A stretch of DNA of 62,893 nucleotides, the filler included, from Lentisphaeria bacterium (lineage in GTDB: Bacteria; Verrucomicrobiota; Lentisphaeria; JABSQK01; JAWLHB01): the NCBI GenBank assembly GCA_041690595.1. It is 5 parts of 5 records of this genome, joined end to end, with 100 filler letters (N's around TTAATTAATTAA, not from the genome) between each part and the next. Parts side by side here need not be neighbours in the genome. Positions count along the whole stretch, not along the records: positions 1 to 20,565 come from JAWLHB010000009.1; positions 20,666 to 32,999 come from JAWLHB010000019.1; 3 more parts are not named here. One strand, 5' to 3'. Below, piece after piece: positions 20,347 through 29,165 of the stretch (its first letter is position 1; each line of letters starts with the position of its first letter). The notes under the pieces are model-generated. The model worked only from the letters and a program-made list of their open reading frames with translations. It made no database searches and was not told where the DNA came from. Both the position numbers and the translations under genes were made by a program.

Positions 20347-20565
20347 TGCTCCTTAGACGCCACCGTCTGGTTAAATATTCATGCCGCCAACCCACTTGTC
20401 AACTGCCATCGCGCGATTGTCGCGACACCATTTTTCCCGTGGCGCCATCCATTCCCGCACCTTGCTCGCCAGCGCTGACGAATCAGGATTCTTCGCGCCC
20501 TGATTGAGGCGAAGTTGTCCATTGCAAAGAATTATTTCTTCGCAATGGCCAGTTTTGGTTGCAAA

Positions 20566-20665
20566 NNNNNNNNNNNNNNNNNNNNNNNNNNNNNNNNNNN
20601 NNNNNNNNNTTAATTAATTAANNNNNNNNNNNNNNNNNNNNNNNNNNNNNNNNNNNNNNNNNNNN
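20566..20665. other. Artificial contig linker
   Basis: N-run with central TTAATTAATTAA. Confidence 0.99.
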
Positions 20666-20763
20666 TGCTCATCCTCATGATCTCCTGTAGGGGGTTCAAG
20701 TCACAGGAGATACTGTGCGCACGAGCAAGCGAATATTCACCATGGGGTATTTTTGACGCTTAC
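20666..20763 (-). mobile_element. Left end of a putative IS66-family element
   Basis: Minus strand begins GTAAGCGTC at 20763; AGGAG plus ATG at 20678; contig breaks here. Confidence 0.55.
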
Positions 20764-20897
20764 AGGATGAGGACGATATTCAGGGGCGCGTCGCCTGCTT
20801 CCGCAGCGAAAAGTTGGCCAGGCAGCGCCTGCAGGCAACAGAGCCCAGCCAGCCCGCGCCCTACCGTCCCGATGAACTCCCGCCGCGTGCTCATCAT
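20764..20897 (-). pseudogene. 5' end of a Tat-exported sulfatase-like gene, interrupted
   Basis: MMSTRREFI...PLNIVLIL then a stop supplied by the inserted sequence; ATGA overlap with the upstream gene. Confidence 0.6.
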
Positions 20898-23161
20898 GGC
20901 GCTTCGATCGCATCCTTGAGGGCGGCGAAGATGGCTCGGCTGCTGCCGCGGGTAAACCAGTCGCCGTCGGGGGTCGTTCGCAGATAGACCCACAGCTCGT
21001 AGAGGTTGAGCGCGTCGAGGCCGCCAGCCCGGCACAAACGGAGCCGTTCAACTGCCCATTCGGCGGTGCGTGGCTGGCTGCGCGGGTCGCCGACGGCGGC
21101 GATTGCATGCACCGGGATGCCGCGGCGGCGGCAACGCGGCAGAATCTCGCGTTCGACGAAGGGGTTGCCCGGGGCCAGATACTTGAGGTTGATGCCATCG
21201 ACAATTCCCTCGTCGATCCAACTGGCCCAGTCCCAATGGATCTGGGTATAGGTGTCGTGCTCGGGCGGCGTCTTCATGCGGGCTTCAACATGGACTTCGA
21301 GCCGCTTGCCGGCGGCGCCGAGGAGGGCTTTGGCGTCGCGCAGGAAGCGGGTGTGGAACTCGCCGCGCAGGCGCCGGATCGCAGCGTAATCGGCGACGGT
21401 CGGCTCGGGCTCCCGGTCATGGCGCTCGCGGAAGGCGGCAAGGACTGGCTCGGCGTACATGTAGGCGAGCCACTCGGCGTTGCCGTGGTGGTGGGCAATG
21501 CGGATGTCGACCCCGTCGGCACCGGCGGCGATGGCGCGGCGAATCCAGTGATCGAGCCAGAAGGCGCGCACCTGGGGATGGCTGGGGTCAAGCATCGGCA
21601 CGTGGTAGGGTTCATGACCGAAGCGCACGCCGAGGACGCTGCCGCCAAGCTCGCGGCGGAAGGTCATTCCTTCGGAGCGGTCGGCCCAGCAGGCGGAACC
21701 GCCATCCTGCGCAAAGTCGAAGCCGTTGGCACGGAAGTCCCCGCCCCGAATGGAGCGATGCAGGCCGACAGGGTAAGCTGCCTCGGCCAGCAGAAAGTCG
21801 CGGTTGCCGAAGCAACCTTGGCCCTCGCCCGCGGGGAAGACGATGGCGGCATGGCGGCCGGTCAGCGCGAAGCCGCTAAGGCGTAGCCGACGCACCCGGT
21901 TGGTGCCGGTCAGCGGTTGGTTGCCGGCGGGAGTGTAGGCGGCGTGGGGACGCTCGACCACCTCGTCACGCACCGTCAGGCCAGTCACAGGCTGATAGTC
22001 GCGGTTGTCGTCACTGATCAGCAGGCGGATGGCGGCTGGATCGAAGGGCAGCGGCGCATCGCTGTCGCCGTAGAGGGTCAGTTCGGTGATCGGCGCGGAC
22101 GGTGTGGCGCCCATCCAGGCGGGATTCCGGCGGAAACAAAGCTCCGGGTGCTCGCGGGGAAATCGTTCGCCAGCGCCGAGGTCGTACGGCTTGGCGATGG
22201 TGAAGAACTCCAGCCCCTCCTCGTGGGCGAGGCGGCAGGCGACGGCCATGATGTCGCCGCCGAAGGCCTCGCGGGTGAGCCGGTAGTTGGCGGCCATACG
22301 GGCGTAAACAGGGGAATCGCCCGGTCCCCAGCTCTCGCGGCCGGGATAGTCGAGGAAGTAGACGCGGCTCATCCCGTGGGACTTGAGGAAGCGCAGCTCG
22401 TGGCGCAGGGTGTCAGGAGTGTAGGGGCCGCCGACCATCTCGTCGGGCCAGTCGTAGGTGCCATGCAGCTTGACTGCGGGAGATGATGCCGGCTGTGCTG
22501 GCGCTGGGGGCGGAACCCTATCGTCGAGCAGGAGCCAGCCGCAACTGGTGGCATCGGGAAAGCCGCTGCCGGTGCAGGTATTCCAGGTGGCGCTCTCGTT
22601 GTGGCGAAGCTGGGTGCGCATGACATTGAAGCCGATCGGGCCGTTGTAACCGGGCTGGCGGATGGCGTCCAGCGCGAAGCGGAAGCAGACGACCCAGGCG
22701 AGGTCGGCCTTGAGGTGCTCGAAGTGGAACGAGGCGCTCCAGTCGGGAGCCACAGTGAGGTCGGCACGGCCGTCGCGGTAGGGCCAGTGGTGGTTGGACC
22801 AGGTGGCGTCGCCGGGACCGGCCCCAAACTGGAGGAAGCCGATCTGGTCGCCGCATGGCCCGATCATCACTTCGACGCAGTGATTCCCCGCGCCGATGTC
22901 GGCAGGTCGCTGCTCGCCGGTGCCGAAGTATTCGCCGGCCTCCCAATAGAGGACGGAGACGAAGAGCTCATGGCCGTCGCTGGCGACGTCGAACCAGCTC
23001 TCTGCCGAGGGATAGGCGACCTGCTCGACGATGCGGAAGTCGCCGTGGACGCCGTCCTGAGCGAAGAGGCGGCGGACGACCTCGTCGCGGTCGAAGTGTG
23101 CGATGCGGCGGGCGGTACAGTGGCGCGGCAGAAGACGCTGGCGAAGCTGCAGGTCGTTCAT
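20894..23161 (-). CDS. Putative glycoside hydrolase (N-terminal CBM9/DOMON-like domain plus TIM-barrel GHL-like domain)
   Basis: 'IGFNVMR', 'LDPSHPQVRAFWL', 'GADGVDIR', 'WDWASWIDEGIVDGI'. Confidence 0.6.
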   Translation of the reverse strand: MNDLQLRQRLLPRHCTARRIAHFDRDEVVRRLFAQDGVHGDFRIVEQVAYPSAESWFDVASDGHELFVSVLYWEAGEYFGTGEQRPADIGAGNHCVEVMIGPCGDQIGFLQFGAGPGDATWSNHHWPYRDGRADLTVAPDWSASFHFEHLKADLAWVVCFRFALDAIRQPGYNGPIGFNVMRTQLRHNESATWNTCTGSGFPDATSCGWLLLDDRVPPPAPAQPASSPAVKLHGTYDWPDEMVGGPYTPDTLRHELRFLKSHGMSRVYFLDYPGRESWGPGDSPVYARMAANYRLTREAFGGDIMAVACRLAHEEGLEFFTIAKPYDLGAGERFPREHPELCFRRNPAWMGATPSAPITELTLYGDSDAPLPFDPAAIRLLISDDNRDYQPVTGLTVRDEVVERPHAAYTPAGNQPLTGTNRVRRLRLSGFALTGRHAAIVFPAGEGQGCFGNRDFLLAEAAYPVGLHRSIRGGDFRANGFDFAQDGGSACWADRSEGMTFRRELGGSVLGVRFGHEPYHVPMLDPSHPQVRAFWLDHWIRRAIAAGADGVDIRIAHHHGNAEWLAYMYAEPVLAAFRERHDREPEPTVADYAAIRRLRGEFHTRFLRDAKALLGAAGKRLEVHVEARMKTPPEHDTYTQIHWDWASWIDEGIVDGINLKYLAPGNPFVEREILPRCRRRGIPVHAIAAVGDPRSQPRTAEWAVERLRLCRAGGLDALNLYELWVYLRTTPDGDWFTRGSSRAIFAALKDAIEAP

Positions 23162-23164
23162 CCG

Positions 23165-23298
23165 TCAGCTCCAGAATCGGGGGAATTGTTTGCGGTACTC
23201 GACGAGCAAGGCATCGCCGATGTCGCGGAGTCACCCTCGGCGGCGACTGCCCAGACAGCCAGCAAGCCGACGCCGAGATGAAGCAATCGTCGTGTCAT
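23165..23298 (-). pseudogene. Internally deleted gene remnant (signal peptide joined out of frame to a C-terminus)
   Basis: MTRRLLHLGVGLLAVWAVAAEG in one frame; LRDIGDALLVEYRKQFPRFWS* with GC3-rich codons in another. Confidence 0.45.
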
Positions 23299-23312
23299 GT
23301 GAAGATTCCAGA

Positions 23313-23996
23313 CTACAGGTCGTCGCGGTCGCGTTCGAGGATGTCGTTGTTGGGCCAACGGGCGATGGAGGAGTAAGCGAAGCTGCCAGCGTGACCGTCC
23401 AGGAAGCCGAGGTTGCCCTTCTGGTCGTGACGAAAAACGGCGCCCTGCTTGCTGGCGTCGAGTGCGATCCATGAGGGATGCGTCCAACCCCACTGTGCCC
23501 CTTGGCTGCTGCCTTCACCCCAGAATGAAATACGCTCGGCGCGCCGCACCGTGGTGAGCCGCACGTAGTAAGCCCCGTACGAGGGCGTGGCGTTGTTCTG
23601 GTAGCTCATGTACGAAAGGACGTGATACCCCCCGGTGTAGGCCCTGGAGTACGTGGGACTCTCCTCCGGCCGCACCAGATTCGGACAGGTGAAGCCTGCC
23701 TTCACCAGGGCCGGGAAATAACCGCCCGGTGGACGGGACAGGTAACCGCGCAGCATCAACGCCGGCACGGGGCCTTTCTCGCCATTATGCGCACCCCAGT
23801 AGGGATGGGCGAAACCGTCGTTGTCGCCAGCATACATCAACGTGGTCGCCACGAGATTCTTGACGGTGCCCAGGCACTTGGTGGTCCGGGCCTGCTCCCG
23901 AGCCTTGGACAGCGCCGGCAGCAGCATTGACGCCAGAATGGCTATTATCGCCACAACGACCAGGAGTTCGATCAGGGTGAACGTACGCTTCTTCAT
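23313..23996 (-). CDS. Prepilin-type N-terminal cleavage / H-X9-DG protein (DUF1559-like)
   Basis: '[30 protein letters not shown]...C' and '[15 protein letters not shown]'. Confidence 0.92.
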   Translation of the reverse strand: MKKRTFTLIELLVVVAIIAILASMLLPALSKAREQARTTKCLGTVKNLVATTLMYAGDNDGFAHPYWGAHNGEKGPVPALMLRGYLSRPPGGYFPALVKAGFTCPNLVRPEESPTYSRAYTGGYHVLSYMSYQNNATPSYGAYYVRLTTVRRAERISFWGEGSSQGAQWGWTHPSWIALDASKQGAVFRHDQKGNLGFLDGHAGSFAYSSIARWPNNDILERDRDDL

Positions 23997-24000
23997 GAGG

Positions 24001-25203
24001 TCACTCTTTGACTTGGGGGTTGAGACTGCTCAGCAGGGCATCCTGTTTGACGACCCAGTAGGCATCGTCGAGTCGGCCACGGAGTTCGCCCAGCTCGCGC
24101 CGCATGGCGGCAATGCGACCGCGAGGCGGGACGGCTTCCGCGGACAACTCCTTCTCGATGGCGGCCAGCGCGGCCTCCTGCTCTGGCACTACGGTCTTGG
24201 CGTAGTGGCCGGAGTTGGGCACCGGCTCGTTGGCCAGGATAGCCTTGACCTGGTTGCACAGGGTGCGCACCGCTTTGGCTTCCTCGCGCACCTGCACGTC
24301 GAAGCCGACCTGGCTGGCCTTGCCGCCGGCGAAGACCAGGTAGCCGTCGGGCGTCTGGATCATCAGTGTCCGCTTCTCCAGATCGGGGTACGCCAGCCGC
24401 AGCCCGGCTTCGAGGCTCTTGGGCTCGTCATCGACGAGGATGAAGCGGCCGTAAAGACGCGGGTCGTGATGGCTGTCGTCGTGGGTCGACCAGGTGACGA
24501 ACTGCCACCAGTAGTTCGTGCCGTCGCCGGCGCGCGAGTCGGCCCAGTCGAACCAGCAGGGGTTGATGCCGAACATGGCCCCGACCTTGGGCGTCACTTG
24601 GATGTCCGCCAGCGCGATACGCATCTCGAAAGCCCAGTGATCGTCATGGAGCTTGGCCGCCACGTCCCAATCGGCATCGAGACCATAGTCGGAATTCTCC
24701 AGAATCCCCCAGCCGAAGTCGTAGTGCCAGATCATCATCTTCTCGTTCAGCGGATTGATGATCGCTTGGAAGCGTGTGGCGTGGTCGAGATTGCCATCGA
24801 TGTGAATTTCGACACACTCGCGGGCATAGATCGCCGCTGCCCGGTTGCTGACGTTGCGCACCAACTCCTTCATGTCGTTCGGGTGAAGCTGGTGGTAGCA
24901 ACGGGCCGCCAGATAGAGGTAGGTGTCGTCCCAGGCAGCGCGCAGGTCGATCTTGCCGGGCACGAAGTCTTTGCCCAGGTTGGCCCGCTGGCGTCCGTAG
25001 TTGGTGACGCCCCAGTCGCTCAACGGCTGAGCTCGCGTCCAGATCGGCTCGTCGAGCTGTCCGTCGATCGTCGGCGCCTCGGCCGTCTTCACCAGCCAGT
25101 AGACCTTGAAGTTGTCGGCCGCCGTGGCATCGATGAATTTGGGCGTTGCGGCTTGGCCGATCATGGTACTCAGCAGGCAAAGCAGCAGCAGACAGGGCTT
25201 CAT
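24001..25203 (-). CDS. Exported CBM9-like sugar-binding domain protein
   Basis: '[12 protein letters not shown]', '[11 protein letters not shown]', 'CVEIHID', 'WAFEMRI'. Confidence 0.75.
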   Translation of the reverse strand: MKPCLLLLCLLSTMIGQAATPKFIDATAADNFKVYWLVKTAEAPTIDGQLDEPIWTRAQPLSDWGVTNYGRQRANLGKDFVPGKIDLRAAWDDTYLYLAARCYHQLHPNDMKELVRNVSNRAAAIYARECVEIHIDGNLDHATRFQAIINPLNEKMMIWHYDFGWGILENSDYGLDADWDVAAKLHDDHWAFEMRIALADIQVTPKVGAMFGINPCWFDWADSRAGDGTNYWWQFVTWSTHDDSHHDPRLYGRFILVDDEPKSLEAGLRLAYPDLEKRTLMIQTPDGYLVFAGGKASQVGFDVQVREEAKAVRTLCNQVKAILANEPVPNSGHYAKTVVPEQEAALAAIEKELSAEAVPPRGRIAAMRRELGELRGRLDDAYWVVKQDALLSSLNPQVKE

Positions 25204-28200
25204 CGGGTCACCTCCAGGTTTTTCTCGATAGCACGCCCGGTGGTGACGTCGGTGACGACGACTCGCCAGGTGCCGACAGGATCGTTGTGGGCGAGCGGCA
25301 CGGTGACCGCCACTGCGCCGTCCTTCCCCTCCAGCTTGATCAGCGGCCAGAGGCGCGTGCCATCCGGCCTGAAAACATCGACGCGTACGGTGTGCTCCGC
25401 CGTCGTTCCGAGCTGCGCTTCGAGGCGGACATCGCTGCCGGCGGCGGCGCTGGCGGGCAGGTCAACGACCAGCGCCCCGGGTTCTTCGGGCAGCAGCGCG
25501 TAGAGGTAGGTGCCCAAGCCGGTCAGCGTCACTGGGATCTTGTCGGTTCGGCCCAGCGCCTTGCCTGCCCGCATGTCGTAGACCGCATAGGGCTGGTCCA
25601 ACTCGATGGTGCCAGCGATCGGGTACTGCTCGAACTCATAGGAGTTCTTCTCGATGCTCAGGTAGTCGATGGCGCCGCGCCGGAAGAGGGCGATCTCGGC
25701 CCCGGCGGCTGGCCCATACGCCTCGGTGACGATCCGGAAGCGCGGCACGATCCCCGCTTCCGCCAGCAGCCCGAGGTACAACTCGCGTAACGGCTCCGCC
25801 GCGTGGCGTCCGAGGAGGATGTTGTAGGTGGTCGGCGAATGATTGAGGAAGATCGTCCGGCCTTCGCCGACCCGATTGACCAATACCGCCGGCGTCTCCC
25901 CGAGCGTTGCTCGCGCTTCGGCGCCGGAAGCTGTGACGCTGCCGTCGCCGCGCAGGTTGGCGATCTGGCGCTCGCCCCAGGCGAGGTCGGCTTTCAGTGG
26001 CACTGCCGCGCCAGGGGCCTGCCTGATGCCGAAGAGAGCGTCCAGCCGGCCTTGCGGCAGTGGCTTGCCGGCCCAGTCGTGGGTGGCGCAGCGCAAGTCG
26101 GCCAGGACAGTGCCGCCGGCCCGGACGAAGCGCTCGATGGCGGCCACTTCGTCGTCGCTGAGGATCTGGGTGTAGGGGAGGATCAGTAGCTTGAACTCAC
26201 CGCTATCAAGGCCGCCCGCCTCCACCTCGGCAGTCCATGTGTATCGGTATTGCAGGCCAAGATCCTCGATGATCCGCTGGAAGCCGACCTGGGACGATTC
26301 GAGGCTGCCGAGCTCCTTGTGGAAGGAGCCGAGCGCCCCAGCCCTCCGGCTGTGCAGGATGGCGATGCCGTCGTGCTGCCGCTCCGCCTGGATCAGCGCC
26401 CGCGCCAGGCCGCTCTGCATCTCTCGGATGGTCTCCAGCATGTAGCCGGAGCGTCCTGGATTGATGCTCAGGTCGCCCTCGATGCCGCCGACGATCATCG
26501 ACCAGAACCAGATGAAGTTGCCGCCGGTGAGGACAGTCTCCCACGCCTGGTTGGCGCGCGCGGCCTCGGGCACCGCCTTGCCGCCGTAGACGCCGATCGT
26601 CTGCCCGCAGTACTTGTGCGGCACCGACCGAATGATCTCCAGATCGCGGTCGCCCTTGTAGGGCATGCTGGCGTTGATCCTGGTCAGTACTTCGGGGATG
26701 ATGTTGCCGATCGAGGCCGCGCCCATGCCGATGCCGATCTCCCGGCTTGTGGCCGACCGCACCCCGGAGCCGGCGGCCTCCATGTTGCGAAGGAAGAGCT
26801 CCTCCAGGTAGGTGACCTTGTCGAGCTTGGCGGAAAACTTGCCGGCGGCCAGCAACTCGTCGATCAGGTTGTTGCCGATATCGGTGAAGGCGCTCAACTC
26901 GGTGCCCCAGGCTGCGTTCAGAGACGCGATGCTGCCATACTGCGCTTGCATCGCCTTCTGGAAACCGAGCAAGCATGGGCTCGGCGCGGTTGCCGTGGCG
27001 ACGACTGCCAGGTCAATGGCATCGAAGCTGGCGAAGGCGGTGCCGTGCGCCCGGTTGAAGGTGGCGATATCCGCATAGTTCTCGCGCCAGGCCGCGGCCA
27101 GCAGCGGCAGCTCCTCGGGCAGCGGGGCGATTCCCGCGACCGTCGCCAGCGTCCCCTGCTGCATCATGTAGCGGAAATTGCCGAAGGGCCGGGGAATCCC
27201 GTGCGCCTTGGCGTAGGCATTCATGTCACCGGCGTAGTGGGCCGCCAGCTTGACGACGTAGGAGCGCACCCAGTTGGGCGGCGACGCGCAGAAGTCGCTG
27301 GCGACGCCGCTGTCGTCGCCGATGGAGAAGAAGGCCAACCCGTATGGATCCATAAGGCGGGTCATGTGGGCGAAGGCGCCGCTCAGCGCGGCCGGATAGG
27401 TGTGGCTGGAGATGCAGCCGCCGGTGTAGCTGTTGCAGTGGGTCGTCCAGATGCGGTATCCAGGTTGCAGGCCGCTGGCCATCGCCTGATCCAGGTACGG
27501 CGCGACCCCGTCAACCCCAAGTTCGACCGTGGTGATCCCCAACTCGCGATAGAGATCCAGCCGCCGCTTGCCGTTGAGGTTTTTCGCTTCCCCGTCTGTA
27601 TACACGAACAGGTCGTCCTCGACCGGGCGCGGCGTGAAGACCGGCACTTGGGCGGTGGCGACGACAACATCGCCTTCCATCAACTCCACGGTCAGCAGGT
27701 GGCGCAACTCGCGGGTGCGGTCGAGCGGCAGATCGAGGCTGGCTCGGCCGTTGGTGACGGCGATACCGCCTTGGCGCAGCAGCAGCCGCTCCTCAGCATC
27801 GCTCAAAGAGGCGGTCAGCGTGCTGCCGACTGGCGCGTTGGTGACGGTCACCGTTCCGGTCAACCGCTCGCCGGGTGCGAATGTGGGCTTTGCCAGCTCG
27901 ATGGCGTCGATGGCCGCTGCCGCCGCCACAGTAAGATGGGTCGACGCCCATTCCACCGTCTTGCCGTCGCGCCGCAGCCAGACATCGGCAAAGTAGCGGC
28001 CTGCCGGCAGTCCGGGCAGCGCCAAGGCCAGCTTCTCGCCCGCCGGCAGCGGTACGGTCTGCTGATATCTGATCTCGTTGCGGTGGGTGCGCAGAACCAC
28101 AAGCGCCTCGCCAGCGAAGGAGGCGGAGAGTGTGCCGTTCAGCGTTGAGGGCGATCCGGGCGAGGTCGTGGCCGGCGGATCGAGGGTCAACCGGACTGCT

Positions 28201-29045
28201 GGCGGCATGCCCGCTGCTTCCAGGATCAGCTTCGCCGCCAGGCTGTAGAAATACTCGTTCTGGGTCAGCTCCTCGGGCGACTGGTGGCGGCTCGGGTGCA
28301 TCGCCGGACCGCCGAAGTAGTTGGCCCCGCCCGGCGCCACGTTGAAGACCAGCCCCTTGCCCACCCGGTAAGCGGCAATCGGCGCCAGCGTATAGGGCTC
28401 GGCCGGATAGCGCACGGTCGTCGGCAACATCACGCCGCGCATGTCCGGCACAGCCTTGCCGACCTCGGCGGCGACCGCTGGCAGCGACAGACCGGTCAGT
28501 GGCAGTACTTGCGCGGGGATCGCCGTCTCCGTGAAGGCGGTAACTCCCTGGTAGCGCCAGTTGGTATTCCAGCGATTGGCCATGAAGGTCACTACGCCAG
28601 TGCCGTCCGTCACCTTCTCCAGCACTCGGAAATGCAGCTCGCGGGGTAGGTTGATCGGGTGGAAATCGACGAAGACGACGACCTGCCATGGCTGGGTCAG
28701 CAGTTCGGTCAGCTCCGCCGTGGCCGCCGGGAGCAGCCGGATGCCCTCGTGATAGTAGTCGGTCTCGGGCGCGAAGATCCACGGCTGCGAAGTATAGAAC
28801 ACCTCGAAGTCCAGATCCATGCGCAGGGTCAGGGCGTAGCTGTCCCAGGCGCTGACCTGGTTGGCGATAAAGAGCACCCGCGGCTTACCGCCGGCGTAGT
28901 CGCGGCACCAGTCGATGTGTGCAAAGCTACGTGTTCCTGGTTTGGGCAAATTCTCTGCTTCTGGACGTGCCCCCGAAGCCATCCCTGCCACCAGCAACCC
29001 GATCAGCCAATACCAACATGCCTGGCGCATTATTCCCATCCTCAT
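25200..29045 (-). CDS. Large exported GH42-like protein with beta-galactosidase trimerisation domain
   Basis: 'YGSIASLNAAWGT', 'IAILHS', 'KLLILPYTQILSDDEVAAIERFVRAGGTVLAD'; C-terminal Ig-like domain. Confidence 0.75.
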   Translation of the reverse strand: MRMGIMRQACWYWLIGLLVAGMASGARPEAENLPKPGTRSFAHIDWCRDYAGGKPRVLFIANQVSAWDSYALTLRMDLDFEVFYTSQPWIFAPETDYYHEGIRLLPAATAELTELLTQPWQVVVFVDFHPINLPRELHFRVLEKVTDGTGVVTFMANRWNTNWRYQGVTAFTETAIPAQVLPLTGLSLPAVAAEVGKAVPDMRGVMLPTTVRYPAEPYTLAPIAAYRVGKGLVFNVAPGGANYFGGPAMHPSRHQSPEELTQNEYFYSLAAKLILEAAGMPPAVRLTLDPPATTSPGSPSTLNGTLSASFAGEALVVLRTHRNEIRYQQTVPLPAGEKLALALPGLPAGRYFADVWLRRDGKTVEWASTHLTVAAAAAIDAIELAKPTFAPGERLTGTVTVTNAPVGSTLTASLSDAEERLLLRQGGIAVTNGRASLDLPLDRTRELRHLLTVELMEGDVVVATAQVPVFTPRPVEDDLFVYTDGEAKNLNGKRRLDLYRELGITTVELGVDGVAPYLDQAMASGLQPGYRIWTTHCNSYTGGCISSHTYPAALSGAFAHMTRLMDPYGLAFFSIGDDSGVASDFCASPPNWVRSYVVKLAAHYAGDMNAYAKAHGIPRPFGNFRYMMQQGTLATVAGIAPLPEELPLLAAAWRENYADIATFNRAHGTAFASFDAIDLAVVATATAPSPCLLGFQKAMQAQYGSIASLNAAWGTELSAFTDIGNNLIDELLAAGKFSAKLDKVTYLEELFLRNMEAAGSGVRSATSREIGIGMGAASIGNIIPEVLTRINASMPYKGDRDLEIIRSVPHKYCGQTIGVYGGKAVPEAARANQAWETVLTGGNFIWFWSMIVGGIEGDLSINPGRSGYMLETIREMQSGLARALIQAERQHDGIAILHSRRAGALGSFHKELGSLESSQVGFQRIIEDLGLQYRYTWTAEVEAGGLDSGEFKLLILPYTQILSDDEVAAIERFVRAGGTVLADLRCATHDWAGKPLPQGRLDALFGIRQAPGAAVPLKADLAWGERQIANLRGDGSVTASGAEARATLGETPAVLVNRVGEGRTIFLNHSPTTYNILLGRHAAEPLRELYLGLLAEAGIVPRFRIVTEAYGPAAGAEIALFRRGAIDYLSIEKNSYEFEQYPIAGTIELDQPYAVYDMRAGKALGRTDKIPVTLTGLGTYLYALLPEEPGALVVDLPASAAAGSDVRLEAQLGTTAEHTVRVDVFRPDGTRLWPLIKLEGKDGAVAVTVPLAHNDPVGTWRVVVTDVTTGRAIEKNLEVTR

Positions 29046-29165
29046 GAATCATCCACAGAGTTCGAATGCTGTATTATAGACTACCGCAAAATAATAAGCA
29101 AGCAGAAATTAGAGGACATTTCTATCATTGGGAAGTGCAGGCGACCCACTGCTGTATCAGTCAGC

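Noticed and set aside
20566..20665. TTAATTAATTAA motif repeated four times in the window
   Set aside because: Artificial all-frame-stop linker between contigs
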